Positions 8,898 through 17,577 are shown, numbered from the stretch's first letter. The stretch: DNA of 64,000 nt from Kiloniellaceae bacterium (GCA_021776175.1 JAJFGJ010000036.1:247106-311105); one strand, 5' to 3'. Program-made: numbers and translations. The notes: generated from the sequence alone by a model not told the origin.

Positions 8898-9722
8898 TCA
8901 CCCCGGCACCGGCCTGGGCGCCACGTCCAAGCGATGCGCGATCCCGGCGAGCGGCCCGATCTCGGCCGGGTAGAGGGCGCGCACCAGCGGGTCGTGGCCG
9001 GGCACGACGTGGGCGGGGGTTTCGGCCAATTCCTGAAGGCGCGCGAAGCCCCGGATCATGGCCTGGGCATCGAGGACGATGGGGAATAGCTTTTGCTTCT
9101 GAAAGTTCTCGTAGAAGTGCGCGGCGTCGGAGGCCAGGACTACCCAGCCGCGACGGGTCAGCACGCGCACGCATTGCAGGCCGCCGGTGTGGCCGCCGAT
9201 CTTGTGGACACTCAAATTGGGCGCGACCTCGGCGTCTCCGTCGTAAAAGACGACCCGGCCGGAATAAACCTTGCGCACCATCTCGCAAACGTGCGCGGCG
9301 GTGAAGGGATGGCGCAGGTCGCCGTGACACATGCAGGGACCGGTGGCATAGGCCATCTCCGCCGCTTGCAAATGAAACCGCGCCGCCGGGAAGTCACCCA
9401 GCGTCCCCGCGTGGTCGTAGTGCATGTGGGTGATGACCACATCACTGACGTCTTGAGCTTTCACGCCTAACTGGGCCAGAGCCTCGGCCGGCGTGCGCAG
9501 CAGGGTCCGGCCGCGCCTCGCGCCCTCCTCGCTATCGAAGCCGGTGTCGATCACCAGGGTGCGGTTTGGGCTGCGCGCGACCCAGATATAATAGTCTATA
9601 GGGTGCGGCGCAGCGTGGTCGTCGGCGAAGATGAAGGACTCGCGGCGCGTGCGCTCAATCAGCTCGGCGTAGCGCAGCGCGAAGACCTCGTAGATATCCG
9701 ATTCCGCCATAACTTCCCTCAT
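8898..9722 (-). CDS. MBL-fold metallo-hydrolase, N-acyl-homoserine-lactonase-like family
   Basis: 274 aa. It has ITHMHYDHAG (the HxHxDH zinc motif), and YEVFALRYA...VIDTGF...GGHTGG...LASDAAHFYEN matches the lactonase-like MBL family pattern I recall. Confidence 0.8.
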   Translation of the reverse strand: MREVMAESDIYEVFALRYAELIERTRRESFIFADDHAAPHPIDYYIWVARSPNRTLVIDTGFDSEEGARRGRTLLRTPAEALAQLGVKAQDVSDVVITHMHYDHAGTLGDFPAARFHLQAAEMAYATGPCMCHGDLRHPFTAAHVCEMVRKVYSGRVVFYDGDAEVAPNLSVHKIGGHTGGLQCVRVLTRRGWVVLASDAAHFYENFQKQKLFPIVLDAQAMIRGFARLQELAETPAHVVPGHDPLVRALYPAEIGPLAGIAHRLDVAPRPVPG

Positions 9723-9824
9723 CTGCCGCGCCCATGACCCGGCCCCAAGGCCACGCCCATCCTAGCATGAAACGAGGACCGAGTGGCGAGGGGCGAGGAG
9801 CAAGTAAGCGAGGCGTGGCCACCT

Positions 9825-10289
9825 TCACCGCTTTAGCCGCACGGCGGCCTCGTGCAGGGCCGAGAGAAAGGCCGAACGGTCGCGCGGCGAGAAGGGTCTC
9901 GGTCCGCCGGTCACCTCCCCAGCGGAACGCAAATCCGTCATGAGGTTACGGGTCGCCAAGGTCATTCCCATCGAGTCTTCGCTAAAGACGCGCCCGTTCG
10001 GGCCGATCACCGCCGCCCCCGCCTTCACGCAGCGGCTGGCCAGGGGAATATCGGCGGTGACCACGATGTCGCGGGGCCCCGCACGCGCGGCGATCCAATC
10101 GTCGGCAGCATCGGGCTCCGCCCCGACAATGACCAGCCTTATGCGCGGGTCGCGCGGAATCGTCACCCCGCCGTTGGAAACCACATGCACCGTCAACTTA
10201 TGGCGCTCCGCGACCTTGTAGACCTCGCGCTTCACCGGACAGGCATCGGCATCCACGTAGATTTCACTTGGGATCGCGGGCTCAGGCAT
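9825..10289 (-). CDS. YaiI/YqxD family protein (UPF0178/DUF188)
   Basis: 154 aa. [11 protein letters not shown] near the N-terminus and VVTADIPLA are hallmarks of this family. Confidence 0.8.
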   Translation of the reverse strand: MPEPAIPSEIYVDADACPVKREVYKVAERHKLTVHVVSNGGVTIPRDPRIRLVIVGAEPDAADDWIAARAGPRDIVVTADIPLASRCVKAGAAVIGPNGRVFSEDSMGMTLATRNLMTDLRSAGEVTGGPRPFSPRDRSAFLSALHEAAVRLKR

Positions 10290-10313
10290 GGATCAATATG
10301 AAGGGGTCTTGAG

Positions 10314-11693
10314 CTAATCCAAAGGCCGCAAATCGCCCAGCATGGTCGGGACTAACTCGCTCACTGTGGGATGAATGTGCACGGCGCGCTGGATCACCGT
10401 ATAGGGCGCGCCGGCGTACATCGCATCCAACAAGGAATGGATTACTTCGTCGCCGCCGATACCCAGGATTGCCGCGCCCAGGATCTTCTTGGTCTCGGCG
10501 TCAATCAGCACCTTCATGAAGCCTTGGGTCTCGCTACGCTCGCGGGCGCGCCCGACGCGCGCCATCAACATCTTGCCTACCAAGGCCTTGCGGCCCGATT
10601 CGCGGACTTGGGCTTCCGTCATGCCGACACGGCCCAAGGGCGGATCGATGAACAGGCCGTAGTTGACGATACGGTCGGAAACCCGCCTCGGGTCGTTATC
10701 GAACATGTTGGCGGCGAGAATTTCGTAATCGTTGTAGGACGTGTGGGTGAAGGCGCCCCGGCCGTTGACGTCGCCCATGGCCCAGATTCCGGGCACGTTG
10801 GTGCGCAGCGTGTCGTCAACGACGATGTAGCCGCGCGCGTCGGTTTCGACGCCGGCTGCCTCCAAGCCCAAATCGTCGGTATTGGGTTTGCGGCCGACGG
10901 CCATGAGCACGTGACTGCCGACAATGTCCTCGTCGCCCGGTTCGCAGCTCGCGGTGACCGCCACCTGGCCGCCGCGCCGTGCCAGCCCGATGCAGCTGGC
11001 GTTGACTCGAACATCGATGCCGTCGTCGCGCAAAATTCTTTGCACCGCGGCGGAAACATCGCCGTCCTCGCGTCCGATCAGCCTGGGGGCCATCTCGATG
11101 ACCGTGACCCGGCTTCCAAAGCGCCGGTACATCTGCGCGAACTCGAGCCCGATATAGCTGCCGCCGACGATGATGAGGTGGTCGGGAAGAAAGTCGACCT
11201 CCATGATGCTGGTATTGGTCATATAGTCGACATCTTCGATCCCGGGCATATTGGGCACGCTGGCCCGGCCGCCGACGTTGAAGACGATCTTTTCGGCTTC
11301 CAGCAGATCGCCATTGACGCGAACGGTATTGGAGCTCTCCATACGGCCGTGGCCCTCGAATACCGTCAAGTTGCCCATATTCTTGAGCCATGACGTAACC
11401 CCGTCGTTGGATTGCTTGACGATGGCGTCCTTGCGGGCCTTGACCTGCTTCATATCGACAGCGATCGGCCCCTCGATGTTGACCCCGAAATCGCCGCCGC
11501 GCCGTGCCATGTGCGCGGCCCGCGCGCTGGCGACCAAAGCCTTGGTCGGGATACAGCCGACGTTGACGCAAGTACCGCCGAAGAGCTTGCGCTCTATGAT
11601 CGCCGTTTTCATGCCCTCGCGGGTCATGCGTTGCGCCAGCGACGGTCCCGCCTGGCCGGTGCCGATGATGATGGCGTCGAATTTTTTAGTCAT
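10314..11693 (-). CDS. FAD-dependent pyridine nucleotide-disulfide oxidoreductase (mercuric-reductase/dihydrolipoamide-dehydrogenase-like)
   Basis: Internal ATG (MTKKFDAIIIGTGQAGPSLA) of track ORF 10314..11789. It has the redox-active GGTCVNVGCIPTK motif and a C-terminal dimerisation motif HIHPTVSE. Confidence 0.85.
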   Translation of the reverse strand: MTKKFDAIIIGTGQAGPSLAQRMTREGMKTAIIERKLFGGTCVNVGCIPTKALVASARAAHMARRGGDFGVNIEGPIAVDMKQVKARKDAIVKQSNDGVTSWLKNMGNLTVFEGHGRMESSNTVRVNGDLLEAEKIVFNVGGRASVPNMPGIEDVDYMTNTSIMEVDFLPDHLIIVGGSYIGLEFAQMYRRFGSRVTVIEMAPRLIGREDGDVSAAVQRILRDDGIDVRVNASCIGLARRGGQVAVTASCEPGDEDIVGSHVLMAVGRKPNTDDLGLEAAGVETDARGYIVVDDTLRTNVPGIWAMGDVNGRGAFTHTSYNDYEILAANMFDNDPRRVSDRIVNYGLFIDPPLGRVGMTEAQVRESGRKALVGKMLMARVGRARERSETQGFMKVLIDAETKKILGAAILGIGGDEVIHSLLDAMYAGAPYTVIQRAVHIHPTVSELVPTMLGDLRPLD

Positions 11694-11760
11694 ACCCCAA
11701 CCTCCTCCAGCCCAAGAACCGTAGAATCCTTCGGGGCGGATTTTCCATGAAGGTCGGCTC

Positions 11761-13257
11761 CTAAGCCGCCCCTTCGAACCTGGGCGCATCCAGGTCTTGT
11801 CGTCTTAGCGCCCGGCCCGGCCGGGCGCCGCTATGTTGGCCGTCTTGCCAGACCGTGCGGCCATTGACGACCACCATCTCTATTCCTATGGCCGGTTGCT
11901 TGGGGTTGTCGAAGGTGGCGGCGTCTTCGACCGTGTCGGGATCGAAGATCACCAGGTCGGCGTAGGCGCCCTCGCGCAAAATCCCCCTGTCCTTGATGCC
12001 GAAGCGCGCGGCGGAGAGCGAGGTCATCTTGCGCACCGCCTCCTCCAGGGGAAACAGCCCGGCCTCGCGCCCATAATGGCCGAGAACGCGCGGGAAAGTG
12101 CCCCAGAGGCGCGGGTGCGGATGCACATCGTGGGGCAGGCCGTCGGAGCCGATCATGCTATGAGGATAGGAGAGAATACGACGCACGTCTTCCTCGTCCA
12201 TGGAGAAGAAAATACCGCCGGCGGGAGTCAGAGCCTCGACCGCCTGTTCCTGGCTTAGGCCCATGTCCTCGGCCACTTCCGCCAAATCGCGTCCAGCCGC
12301 CTCGGGATGCGGTTTGGACCAGGCGACCATGACCCGGCTGGCCTGCATGCCGCGCACTGAAGCCAGCATGGTCGAACTGGCCACATAAGGATAGACGTCC
12401 AGGCCCAGGGGCTGCTTTAGCCGTGCCGCCTCGATCAGACCCAAGGTTTCGCCCGAGCGGCCGTAATTATCCATCCCGGCGCACTTGTGGTGCGAGATGA
12501 CGACCGGGACCTGGGCCTCGCGCCCGATGCGGAAAGTCTCCTCCAACGAGTCCGCGATATGGTCGGATTCGTCGCGCATATGGGTGGAGTGCAGACCGTG
12601 GAAACCCGCAAGCGCCTTGGCGAGTTCGATCACTTCCTCGGTCGGCGCGGCGGCGGCCGGCGGGTAAAACAAACCGGTCGAGAGGCCAATCGCCCCGGCC
12701 TCCAAGGCTGCTTCCAGGCGGGCGCGCATGACCTTGATCTCGGCGCCGCTCGCCGCCCGGTCGAGGCGCTCCATGGCGCCGACACGCAAACTCCCGTGAC
12801 CGACCTGCGCCAGCGCATTGGTCGCCGGCGGATCGCGGTCGAGGGTATCGAGGTAATCGCCGAAATCGGCGAAGAATCCCTTAGGGTCTTCGCAAATCAG
12901 ATCCATGGGCGAAGGCGGACGGAAGGCGATATCCAGGGGCGCGAGACTGACCCCGCAATTGCCGGTGACCACGGTGGTCACGCCCTGGCTGACCTTGCAG
13001 GTCATCAAGGGATCGGCCAGCACGGCCCGGTCATCGTGGGTATGGACGTCGATAAAGCCCGGGCTGAGCACCTTACCGGCCAGGTCGATCTCGCGCGTGC
13101 CCCGGATTTGAGCCAAGCCGCCTTGCGCCGTATCGCCAATCGCGGAGATGCGGTCGTCCTCGAGCGCCAAATCGCCCAAACACGACGGCCCGCCCGTGCC
13201 ATCGACCAGCCGGGCGTTGCGAAACACGATGTCGGCCGTGCCGTTAGCCCGTGCCAT
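11761..13257 (-). CDS. N-acyl-D-amino-acid deacylase (D-aminoacylase), amidohydrolase superfamily
   Basis: 498 aa. PGFIDVHTHDD, QGVTTVVTGNCGVSLAP and the overall length are typical of D-aminoacylases. Confidence 0.8.
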   Translation of the reverse strand: MARANGTADIVFRNARLVDGTGGPSCLGDLALEDDRISAIGDTAQGGLAQIRGTREIDLAGKVLSPGFIDVHTHDDRAVLADPLMTCKVSQGVTTVVTGNCGVSLAPLDIAFRPPSPMDLICEDPKGFFADFGDYLDTLDRDPPATNALAQVGHGSLRVGAMERLDRAASGAEIKVMRARLEAALEAGAIGLSTGLFYPPAAAAPTEEVIELAKALAGFHGLHSTHMRDESDHIADSLEETFRIGREAQVPVVISHHKCAGMDNYGRSGETLGLIEAARLKQPLGLDVYPYVASSTMLASVRGMQASRVMVAWSKPHPEAAGRDLAEVAEDMGLSQEQAVEALTPAGGIFFSMDEEDVRRILSYPHSMIGSDGLPHDVHPHPRLWGTFPRVLGHYGREAGLFPLEEAVRKMTSLSAARFGIKDRGILREGAYADLVIFDPDTVEDAATFDNPKQPAIGIEMVVVNGRTVWQDGQHSGARPGRALRRQDLDAPRFEGAA

Positions 13258-13287
13258 GGTGCCCCCGTTAGGTACCTGATTTCGTGT

Positions 13288-13572
13288 CTAGAGCGTTACG
13301 ACGCCCTTGTCGGACAACTCCCGCAAAAGAACGTGCACATCCTTGGCGATTAAGTCGCGCGGGGCCGAGAAAGCCTCGGCCAAGTCGTCCACGATGGCCG
13401 CGAGGGCCGCCACACCGTCGCAGCGCTTAACTATCTGATGCGCGATTTCGTCGAGCACGAATACCCGCTCGGGCGCCAGAAGAATCCAAGTATCACGCTG
13501 CTTGTCGAAGCTAAGTTTGACCCCGCGCGGCAGGCGCGGAATGGATTGTTCGGGAATTTCGGCGTCGCTCAT
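13288..13572 (-). CDS. pqqD: PqqD-family peptide chaperone (RiPP recognition element)
   Basis: Internal ATG (MSDAEIPEQSIPRLPRGVKLSFDKQRDTWILLAPERVFVLDEIAHQIVKRCDGVAALAAIVDDL...) of track ORF 13288..13650. The pattern P-RGV-L--D------LLAPE----L-E-A--I---CDG is the PqqD fold signature. The protein is 94 aa. Confidence 0.7.
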   Translation of the reverse strand: MSDAEIPEQSIPRLPRGVKLSFDKQRDTWILLAPERVFVLDEIAHQIVKRCDGVAALAAIVDDLAEAFSAPRDLIAKDVHVLLRELSDKGVVTL

Positions 13573-13711
13573 ACAGACCACTTCCCCGGGAGGCGCGCGG
13601 CCCCACCCGCCCCAGAACGGCGCAAAGCCGCGCCCAAACACCCGCTCCACCGCATGAGCGGCCGGGGTGTTAGACGCGGTTGCCCGCCGGGCCGGTCTTC
13701 AGGTCTCGTGC

Positions 13712-13789
13712 CTAGATCTCGGCGCAGACGTAAGAGTTGATTTCCAACCCGACGCAGATCTCAACGACTTTTGGGGTCTTCCAAGCCAT
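13712..13789 (-). CDS. pqqA: PQQ precursor peptide PqqA (25 aa)
   Basis: Below the ORF-track size cut-off; found by eye. Its translation is MAWKTPKVVEICVGLEINSYVCAEI followed by a stop. The E-x3-Y cross-link pair (E16/Y20) is present, and the sequence closely resembles the Methylobacterium PqqA core (..EICVGMEVTSY.SAEI). An AGGAGG sequence ends 5 nt upstream of the ATG. Confidence 0.85.
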   Translation of the reverse strand: MAWKTPKVVEICVGLEINSYVCAEI

Positions 13790-13836
13790 AGGGGCCTCCT
13801 CTCTCAAATTAGTCATTGGCTGACTTTAGGTCGGTG

Positions 13837-13873
13837 ATTATAGGGCGGCGGCCGGGCCGAGGGAAGATTTTTT
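13837..13873 (-). promoter_or_regulatory. Putative pqqA promoter: perfect TATAAT -10 hexamer with an upstream A-tract
   Basis: On the minus strand, TATAAT lies at 13842-13837, about 48 nt upstream of the pqqA ATG. An AAAAAA run (13873-13868) sits at roughly -38 to -43. The -35 hexamer is poor (TTCCCT-like). Confidence 0.35.
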
Positions 13874-13897
13874 ATCAGCGGCACCCGTGTGCCGCGT

Positions 13898-14275
13898 TCA
13901 CGCGTGCTTGATGTAGGCGTGACGAAGATCCTCGGGCGTCCCCTCCAGAGCGCCGCCGTCCTGGCCGGGCCGCCAGGTCACGACCTCTTCGATCTTGCGG
14001 GCCAGCTCGAAATCCTTGTCCGTGATCCCGCCGGCATCGTGAGTCCATAAGCTGACTTCGAGCGAATCGTAGGTAACCGCCAGCTCGGGGTGATGCCACG
14101 CCACCTCGCACAAATGACCGATGGTATTGACAGCCATCAGGGTACCCTTCCACCCGTGGGTCGCGTAGCGCCGGCGAATAGCACCAGCCGCAAAGACCCA
14201 ATACGGCAGATCACGCTGCAACCGGGCCGCGATTTCAGCCTCCGAGTAGGTGCGGTCTTTCGCTTTCTCGCTCAT
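13898..14275 (-). CDS. phhB: 4a-hydroxytetrahydrobiopterin dehydratase (pterin-4-alpha-carbinolamine dehydratase)
   Basis: 125 aa. The core EVAWHHPELAVTYDSLEVSLWTHDAGGITDKDFELARKIE is the PCD signature (HHP...TH..gG.T..D). Confidence 0.85.
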   Translation of the reverse strand: MSEKAKDRTYSEAEIAARLQRDLPYWVFAAGAIRRRYATHGWKGTLMAVNTIGHLCEVAWHHPELAVTYDSLEVSLWTHDAGGITDKDFELARKIEEVVTWRPGQDGGALEGTPEDLRHAYIKHA

Positions 14276-14280
14276 TTCAG

Positions 14281-14339
14281 CCGGTTAATCCTCGGCTCCG
14301 CCGGTTAATCTTCGGCTCCGCCGGTCAATTTTTGGCGCC
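14281..14339. repeat. Tandem direct repeat, three copies of a 20-bp unit (CCGGTTAATCYTCGGCTCCG; the third copy is degenerate)
   Basis: The copies are 14281-14300 CCGGTTAATCCTCGGCTCCG, 14301-14320 CCGGTTAATCTTCGGCTCCG and 14321-14339 CCGGTCAATTTTTGGCGCC. Together they fill almost the whole folB-phhB intergenic gap. Confidence 0.9.
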
Positions 14340-14349
14340 ACGCGGCGGC

Positions 14350-14757
14350 TTAGCGCACGCGCTCGATTTCGATACCGACGGCCGCGCCCGGCTCGATATC
14401 CAGCTTTTCAACCCGGATGAGAGCCCGCACCGCTCGCGGATCTGCCAAGCAAATATCCGCGATCCGCGCCGCCAGGGTTTCAACCAGATTGATGTGCCCG
14501 GCCGCGATCATGTCCTTAATCCGCGAAACCAGATCTTCGTAGGAAATGACATTGGCGATGTCGTCGCCGATGGGCCGGGGGTCGCCCAGAATCTCGATTT
14601 CCGCATTGATGCGCACACGCTGCGGTTCGCGCTCGTGCGGGTAGATGCCGATGCGCGCCTTCAGCGTTAAATCCTTGATCAAGAGGCGGTCCAGGCGCCC
14701 GGGATCCCGGGCAAGCCCCGATATCGCCGGGTGGGCCGTCAATATACGCTTTTCCAC
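14350..14757 (-). CDS. folB: Dihydroneopterin aldolase
   Basis: 135 aa. LLIKDLTLKARIGIYPHEREPQRVRINAEIEI...SYEDLVSRIKDMIAAGHINLVETLAARIADI fits the FolB pattern (the IG-...-HE-...-Q motif followed by a DY/SYED-type block, then LVE-LA). The exact start is uncertain. Confidence 0.75.
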   Translation of the reverse strand: MEKRILTAHPAISGLARDPGRLDRLLIKDLTLKARIGIYPHEREPQRVRINAEIEILGDPRPIGDDIANVISYEDLVSRIKDMIAAGHINLVETLAARIADICLADPRAVRALIRVEKLDIEPGAAVGIEIERVR

Positions 14758-14834
14758 CTTCGCTTGACTCCTAGTGTGGGAGAATAATTATGCTGCAAAT
14801 CATTTGATCGCGCAATTCTGGAGACCGTGCGAAC

Positions 14835-15596
14835 ATGGTCAAGGCTCCTTTCAAGGACCATTTCTCGCACGACGCAGGCTCTTACAGCCAGTATCGGCCC
14901 AGATATCCCGATGATCTATTCTCTAATCTCGCCTCGCTTTGCCCCCAGCGCGATCGGGCCTGGGATTGCGGCTGTGGCTCCGGCCAAGCGGCCCTGGGCT
15001 TAGCTACCTGGTTCCATGCCGTAGCGGCGACCGATCCAAGCTCAGCACAGATCGCCAAGGCGCCGAGCCACCCCAAGATCGTCTATGGCCGCGCCCCGGC
15101 CGAAGCCAGCGGTTTGGGCGCCAAGTGTTTCGATTTGATTGTCGCCGCGCAGGCAGCCCATTGGTTTGAATTCGATAGCTTTTACGCCGAGATCCGCCGG
15201 GTCGCGAAACCGCGCGCCGTCCTTGCCCTGGTTAGTTATCACCGCATGCGCGTGGGCGCGGACATCGACCCGATTACCGAGGCTTTCCACCGCGAGGCCC
15301 TGGACGCCCACTGGCCGCCGGAACGCGCCCATGTTGATGCCGCCTATCGCACGATTCCCTTTCCTTTCAGCGAAATCGGTGCGCCCGATTTCGCCTTGCG
15401 CGCTTCCTGGTCACTCGCGCAAGTTTTGGGATACCTGGGCACCTGGTCGGCGGTGAAGCAGTACAAGTACGCTATGGGCACCGATCCCCTGGTCCCCGTC
15501 GCCAAGGAATTGCGCGCGGCCTGGGGCGATCCTGGCAAGGCCCGGTGCGTCACCTGGCCAATCCACTTGCGCCTCGCCCGGGTGTTCGGGGCCTAG
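14835..15596 (+). CDS. Class I SAM-dependent methyltransferase
   Basis: 253 aa. AWDCGCGSGQAALGLA is SAM-binding motif I, and the protein has the size of a Methyltransf_11-like enzyme. Confidence 0.8.
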   Translation: MVKAPFKDHFSHDAGSYSQYRPRYPDDLFSNLASLCPQRDRAWDCGCGSGQAALGLATWFHAVAATDPSSAQIAKAPSHPKIVYGRAPAEASGLGAKCFDLIVAAQAAHWFEFDSFYAEIRRVAKPRAVLALVSYHRMRVGADIDPITEAFHREALDAHWPPERAHVDAAYRTIPFPFSEIGAPDFALRASWSLAQVLGYLGTWSAVKQYKYAMGTDPLVPVAKELRAAWGDPGKARCVTWPIHLRLARVFGA

Positions 15597-15772
15597 AGCA
15601 GAGTCGACATCGAGCCCAACAGGGTATTAGTCTGTGAATGGTACACGGGCCTAATAAAACAAGGCGGCAACTGGGGGATGGCATTATGGGTGAACGTGGG
15701 GCGTATCGGAATTTCTTTACATGCGGCCGCATGATGGTCCGGACTCTTACACCCAACTCTTAGCCACGAGCC

Positions 15773-16729
15773 ATGGATAAGATCCTCAAGATGGTGGCCC
15801 AGCGCTTGGCGCTGGGGGCAGTTACTCTTTTTGTCGTCTCGCTTATCATCTTCCTCGCGGTGCAGTTGCTGCCCGGCGATCTGGCGGAGGCGATCCTCGG
15901 TCAGGCGGCGACGGAGGAGACCGTGGCGGCGTTCCGGCGCGAGTTGCATCTCGACCTGCCAGCCCATGAGCGCTATCTGAATTGGCTATTCGGCATCTTG
16001 CAAGGCGATCTGGGGCGCTCGCTCGCCAACCAACGCGATATATCCGAGCTCATCGGCAAGCGCCTGCTCAATACCTTATTTCTGGCTGCCCTGGCGGCCT
16101 CGATCGCGGTTCCGCTCGCGGTCACCCTGGGCGTGCTCGCGGCGCTCTACCGCAACAGTTTCTACGATCGCATGGTCAACATGGCCACCTTGACCACGAT
16201 TTCGTTTCCGGAATTCTTCGTCGCCTATATTTTAGTTCTTATCTTGGCGGTTAACATGGGCGTCTTTCCGAGCATTTCCAACGTCAGCAGCGATCTGGGG
16301 CTTTGGGATCGGGTCTATCGCTCCTTCCTGCCCGCCCTGACACTGACTCTCGTGGTCGTCGCGCACATGATGCGCATGACCCGGGCCGCGATCATCAATC
16401 TTCTGGCCAGCCCCTATATCGAGATGGCCAATCTCAAGGGCATTAAACGGTCGCGCATCATCACTCATCACGCCCTGCCGAACGCCCTATCCCCGATCAT
16501 CAACGTGATTGTCATCAACCTTGCCTACTTGGTTGTCGGTGTCGTGATCGTCGAGGTCGTGTTCGTTTACCCAGGTTTGGGTCAGTTGATGGTCGATTCG
16601 GTTTCCAAGCGTGACATACCGGTGGTGCAGGCCTGCTCCCTTATCTTCGCGGCGACTTATGTTCTGCTCAATCTGACCGCCGACATTCTGTCGATCCTGA
16701 GCAACCCTCGTCTCATGCACCCGCGATAG
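15773..16729 (+). CDS. ABC transporter permease (DppB/OppB-like)
   Basis: 318 aa. The N-terminus MVAQRLALGAVTLFVVSLIIFLAVQLLPGDLAEAILG and the SPYIEMANLKGI EAA-loop are typical of DppB-type permeases. Confidence 0.9.
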   Translation: MDKILKMVAQRLALGAVTLFVVSLIIFLAVQLLPGDLAEAILGQAATEETVAAFRRELHLDLPAHERYLNWLFGILQGDLGRSLANQRDISELIGKRLLNTLFLAALAASIAVPLAVTLGVLAALYRNSFYDRMVNMATLTTISFPEFFVAYILVLILAVNMGVFPSISNVSSDLGLWDRVYRSFLPALTLTLVVVAHMMRMTRAAIINLLASPYIEMANLKGIKRSRIITHHALPNALSPIINVIVINLAYLVVGVVIVEVVFVYPGLGQLMVDSVSKRDIPVVQACSLIFAATYVLLNLTADILSILSNPRLMHPR

Positions 16730-16743
16730 GAGAGGCGGGCGCC

Positions 16744-17577
16744 ATGAAAGATTTCATCAAACTCATGCGATCCTCGCCCTGGAGCGCGCGCTTCGGCATG
16801 GCGGTGATCGTTTTCTATATCGCCATCGCGGTCTTCGCGCCCATCGTCTCGTCCTACGGCGAAACCGAAATCGTCGGGTCCGAGTTCGAACCCTGGGGCG
16901 GGGCCTTCTTGCTCGGCACCGACAACCTGGGCCGCGACATGTTTACCCGCATGGTCTTCGGCGCCCGCAACACCATCGGCATCGCCTTCGTCACCACCTG
17001 TCTGGCCTTCCTGATCGGCGGTTTCTTCGGCCTCATGGCGGCGGCGCTCGGCGGTTTGGTCGATCAAATCCTGTCGCGCTTGGTCTATGTCTTGATGGCC
17101 TTGCCACCGCTCATCTTCGCCCTGCTACTCCTCACCATCCTGGGAACGTCGATCCCAATCCTGATCGTCGTCATCGCGGTTCTTGATTCGACCCGGGTCT
17201 ATCGCCTAGCACGCGCCGTCGCCATGAATATCGCGGTCATGGATTTCGTCGAGGTCGCGCGCCTGCGCGGCGAGGGGCTGATGTGGATCATCCGGCGTGA
17301 GATCCTGCCCAACTCCATGCCGCCCCTAGTAGCTGAGTTCGGTTTACGATTTTGTTTCGTGTTCCTGTTCATCAGCGCGCTCAGTTTTTTAGGGCTGGGT
17401 ATTCAACCCCCGACAGCGGATTGGGGAAGCATGGTGCGCGACAATGCCACACTCATCACTTATGGCGATGTCACGCCGCTGCTGCCGGCCGGCGCAATCG
17501 CCCTGCTCACCGTTGGGGTCAACTTCGTGGTCGATTGGTTCCTCCACAAGACAGCGGGATTGCGCGATGACCAGTAA
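16744..17577 (+). CDS. ABC transporter permease (DppC/OppC-like)
   Basis: 277 aa. It has LLGTDNLGRDMFTRMVFGARN and the EAA-loop DFVEVARLRGEG. Confidence 0.9.
   Translation: MKDFIKLMRSSPWSARFGMAVIVFYIAIAVFAPIVSSYGETEIVGSEFEPWGGAFLLGTDNLGRDMFTRMVFGARNTIGIAFVTTCLAFLIGGFFGLMAAALGGLVDQILSRLVYVLMALPPLIFALLLLTILGTSIPILIVVIAVLDSTRVYRLARAVAMNIAVMDFVEVARLRGEGLMWIIRREILPNSMPPLVAEFGLRFCFVFLFISALSFLGLGIQPPTADWGSMVRDNATLITYGDVTPLLPAGAIALLTVGVNFVVDWFLHKTAGLRDDQ

Noticed and set aside
8893-9330. N-terminal extensions of track ORFs, here the 146 extra codons on the HIBADH-family gene. Similar extensions occur at 3856-4359, 11694-11789, 13573-13650, 17444-17566, 47473-47757, 50447-50563, 52553-52876, 53190-53321 and 57836-58054
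   Set aside because: The extensions overlap the neighbouring gene or are Arg/Pro-rich. The conserved N-terminal motifs (Rossmann folds, signal peptides, ABC N-termini) begin at internal in-frame start codons, which are often preceded by an SD-like sequence or coupled to the upstream stop.
8898-9722. MBL-fold hydrolase considered as the missing PqqB
   Set aside because: PqqB has a distinctive N-terminus (GSAAGGG.PQWNC) that is absent here. This protein instead matches the lactonase-like MBL pattern (YEVFALRYA...THMHYDHAG...GGHTGG).
13878-13895. 7-bp stem hairpin (GCGGCAC-CCGT-GTGCCGC) right after the phhB stop, considered as an intrinsic terminator separating phhB from pqqA
   Set aside because: On the transcribed (minus) strand the hairpin is followed by UGAUAAAAAAUC, which is A-rich rather than a U-tract, so it is not a canonical terminator. 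The A-tract more plausibly belongs to the pqqA promoter region. The hairpin may still affect RNA stability.
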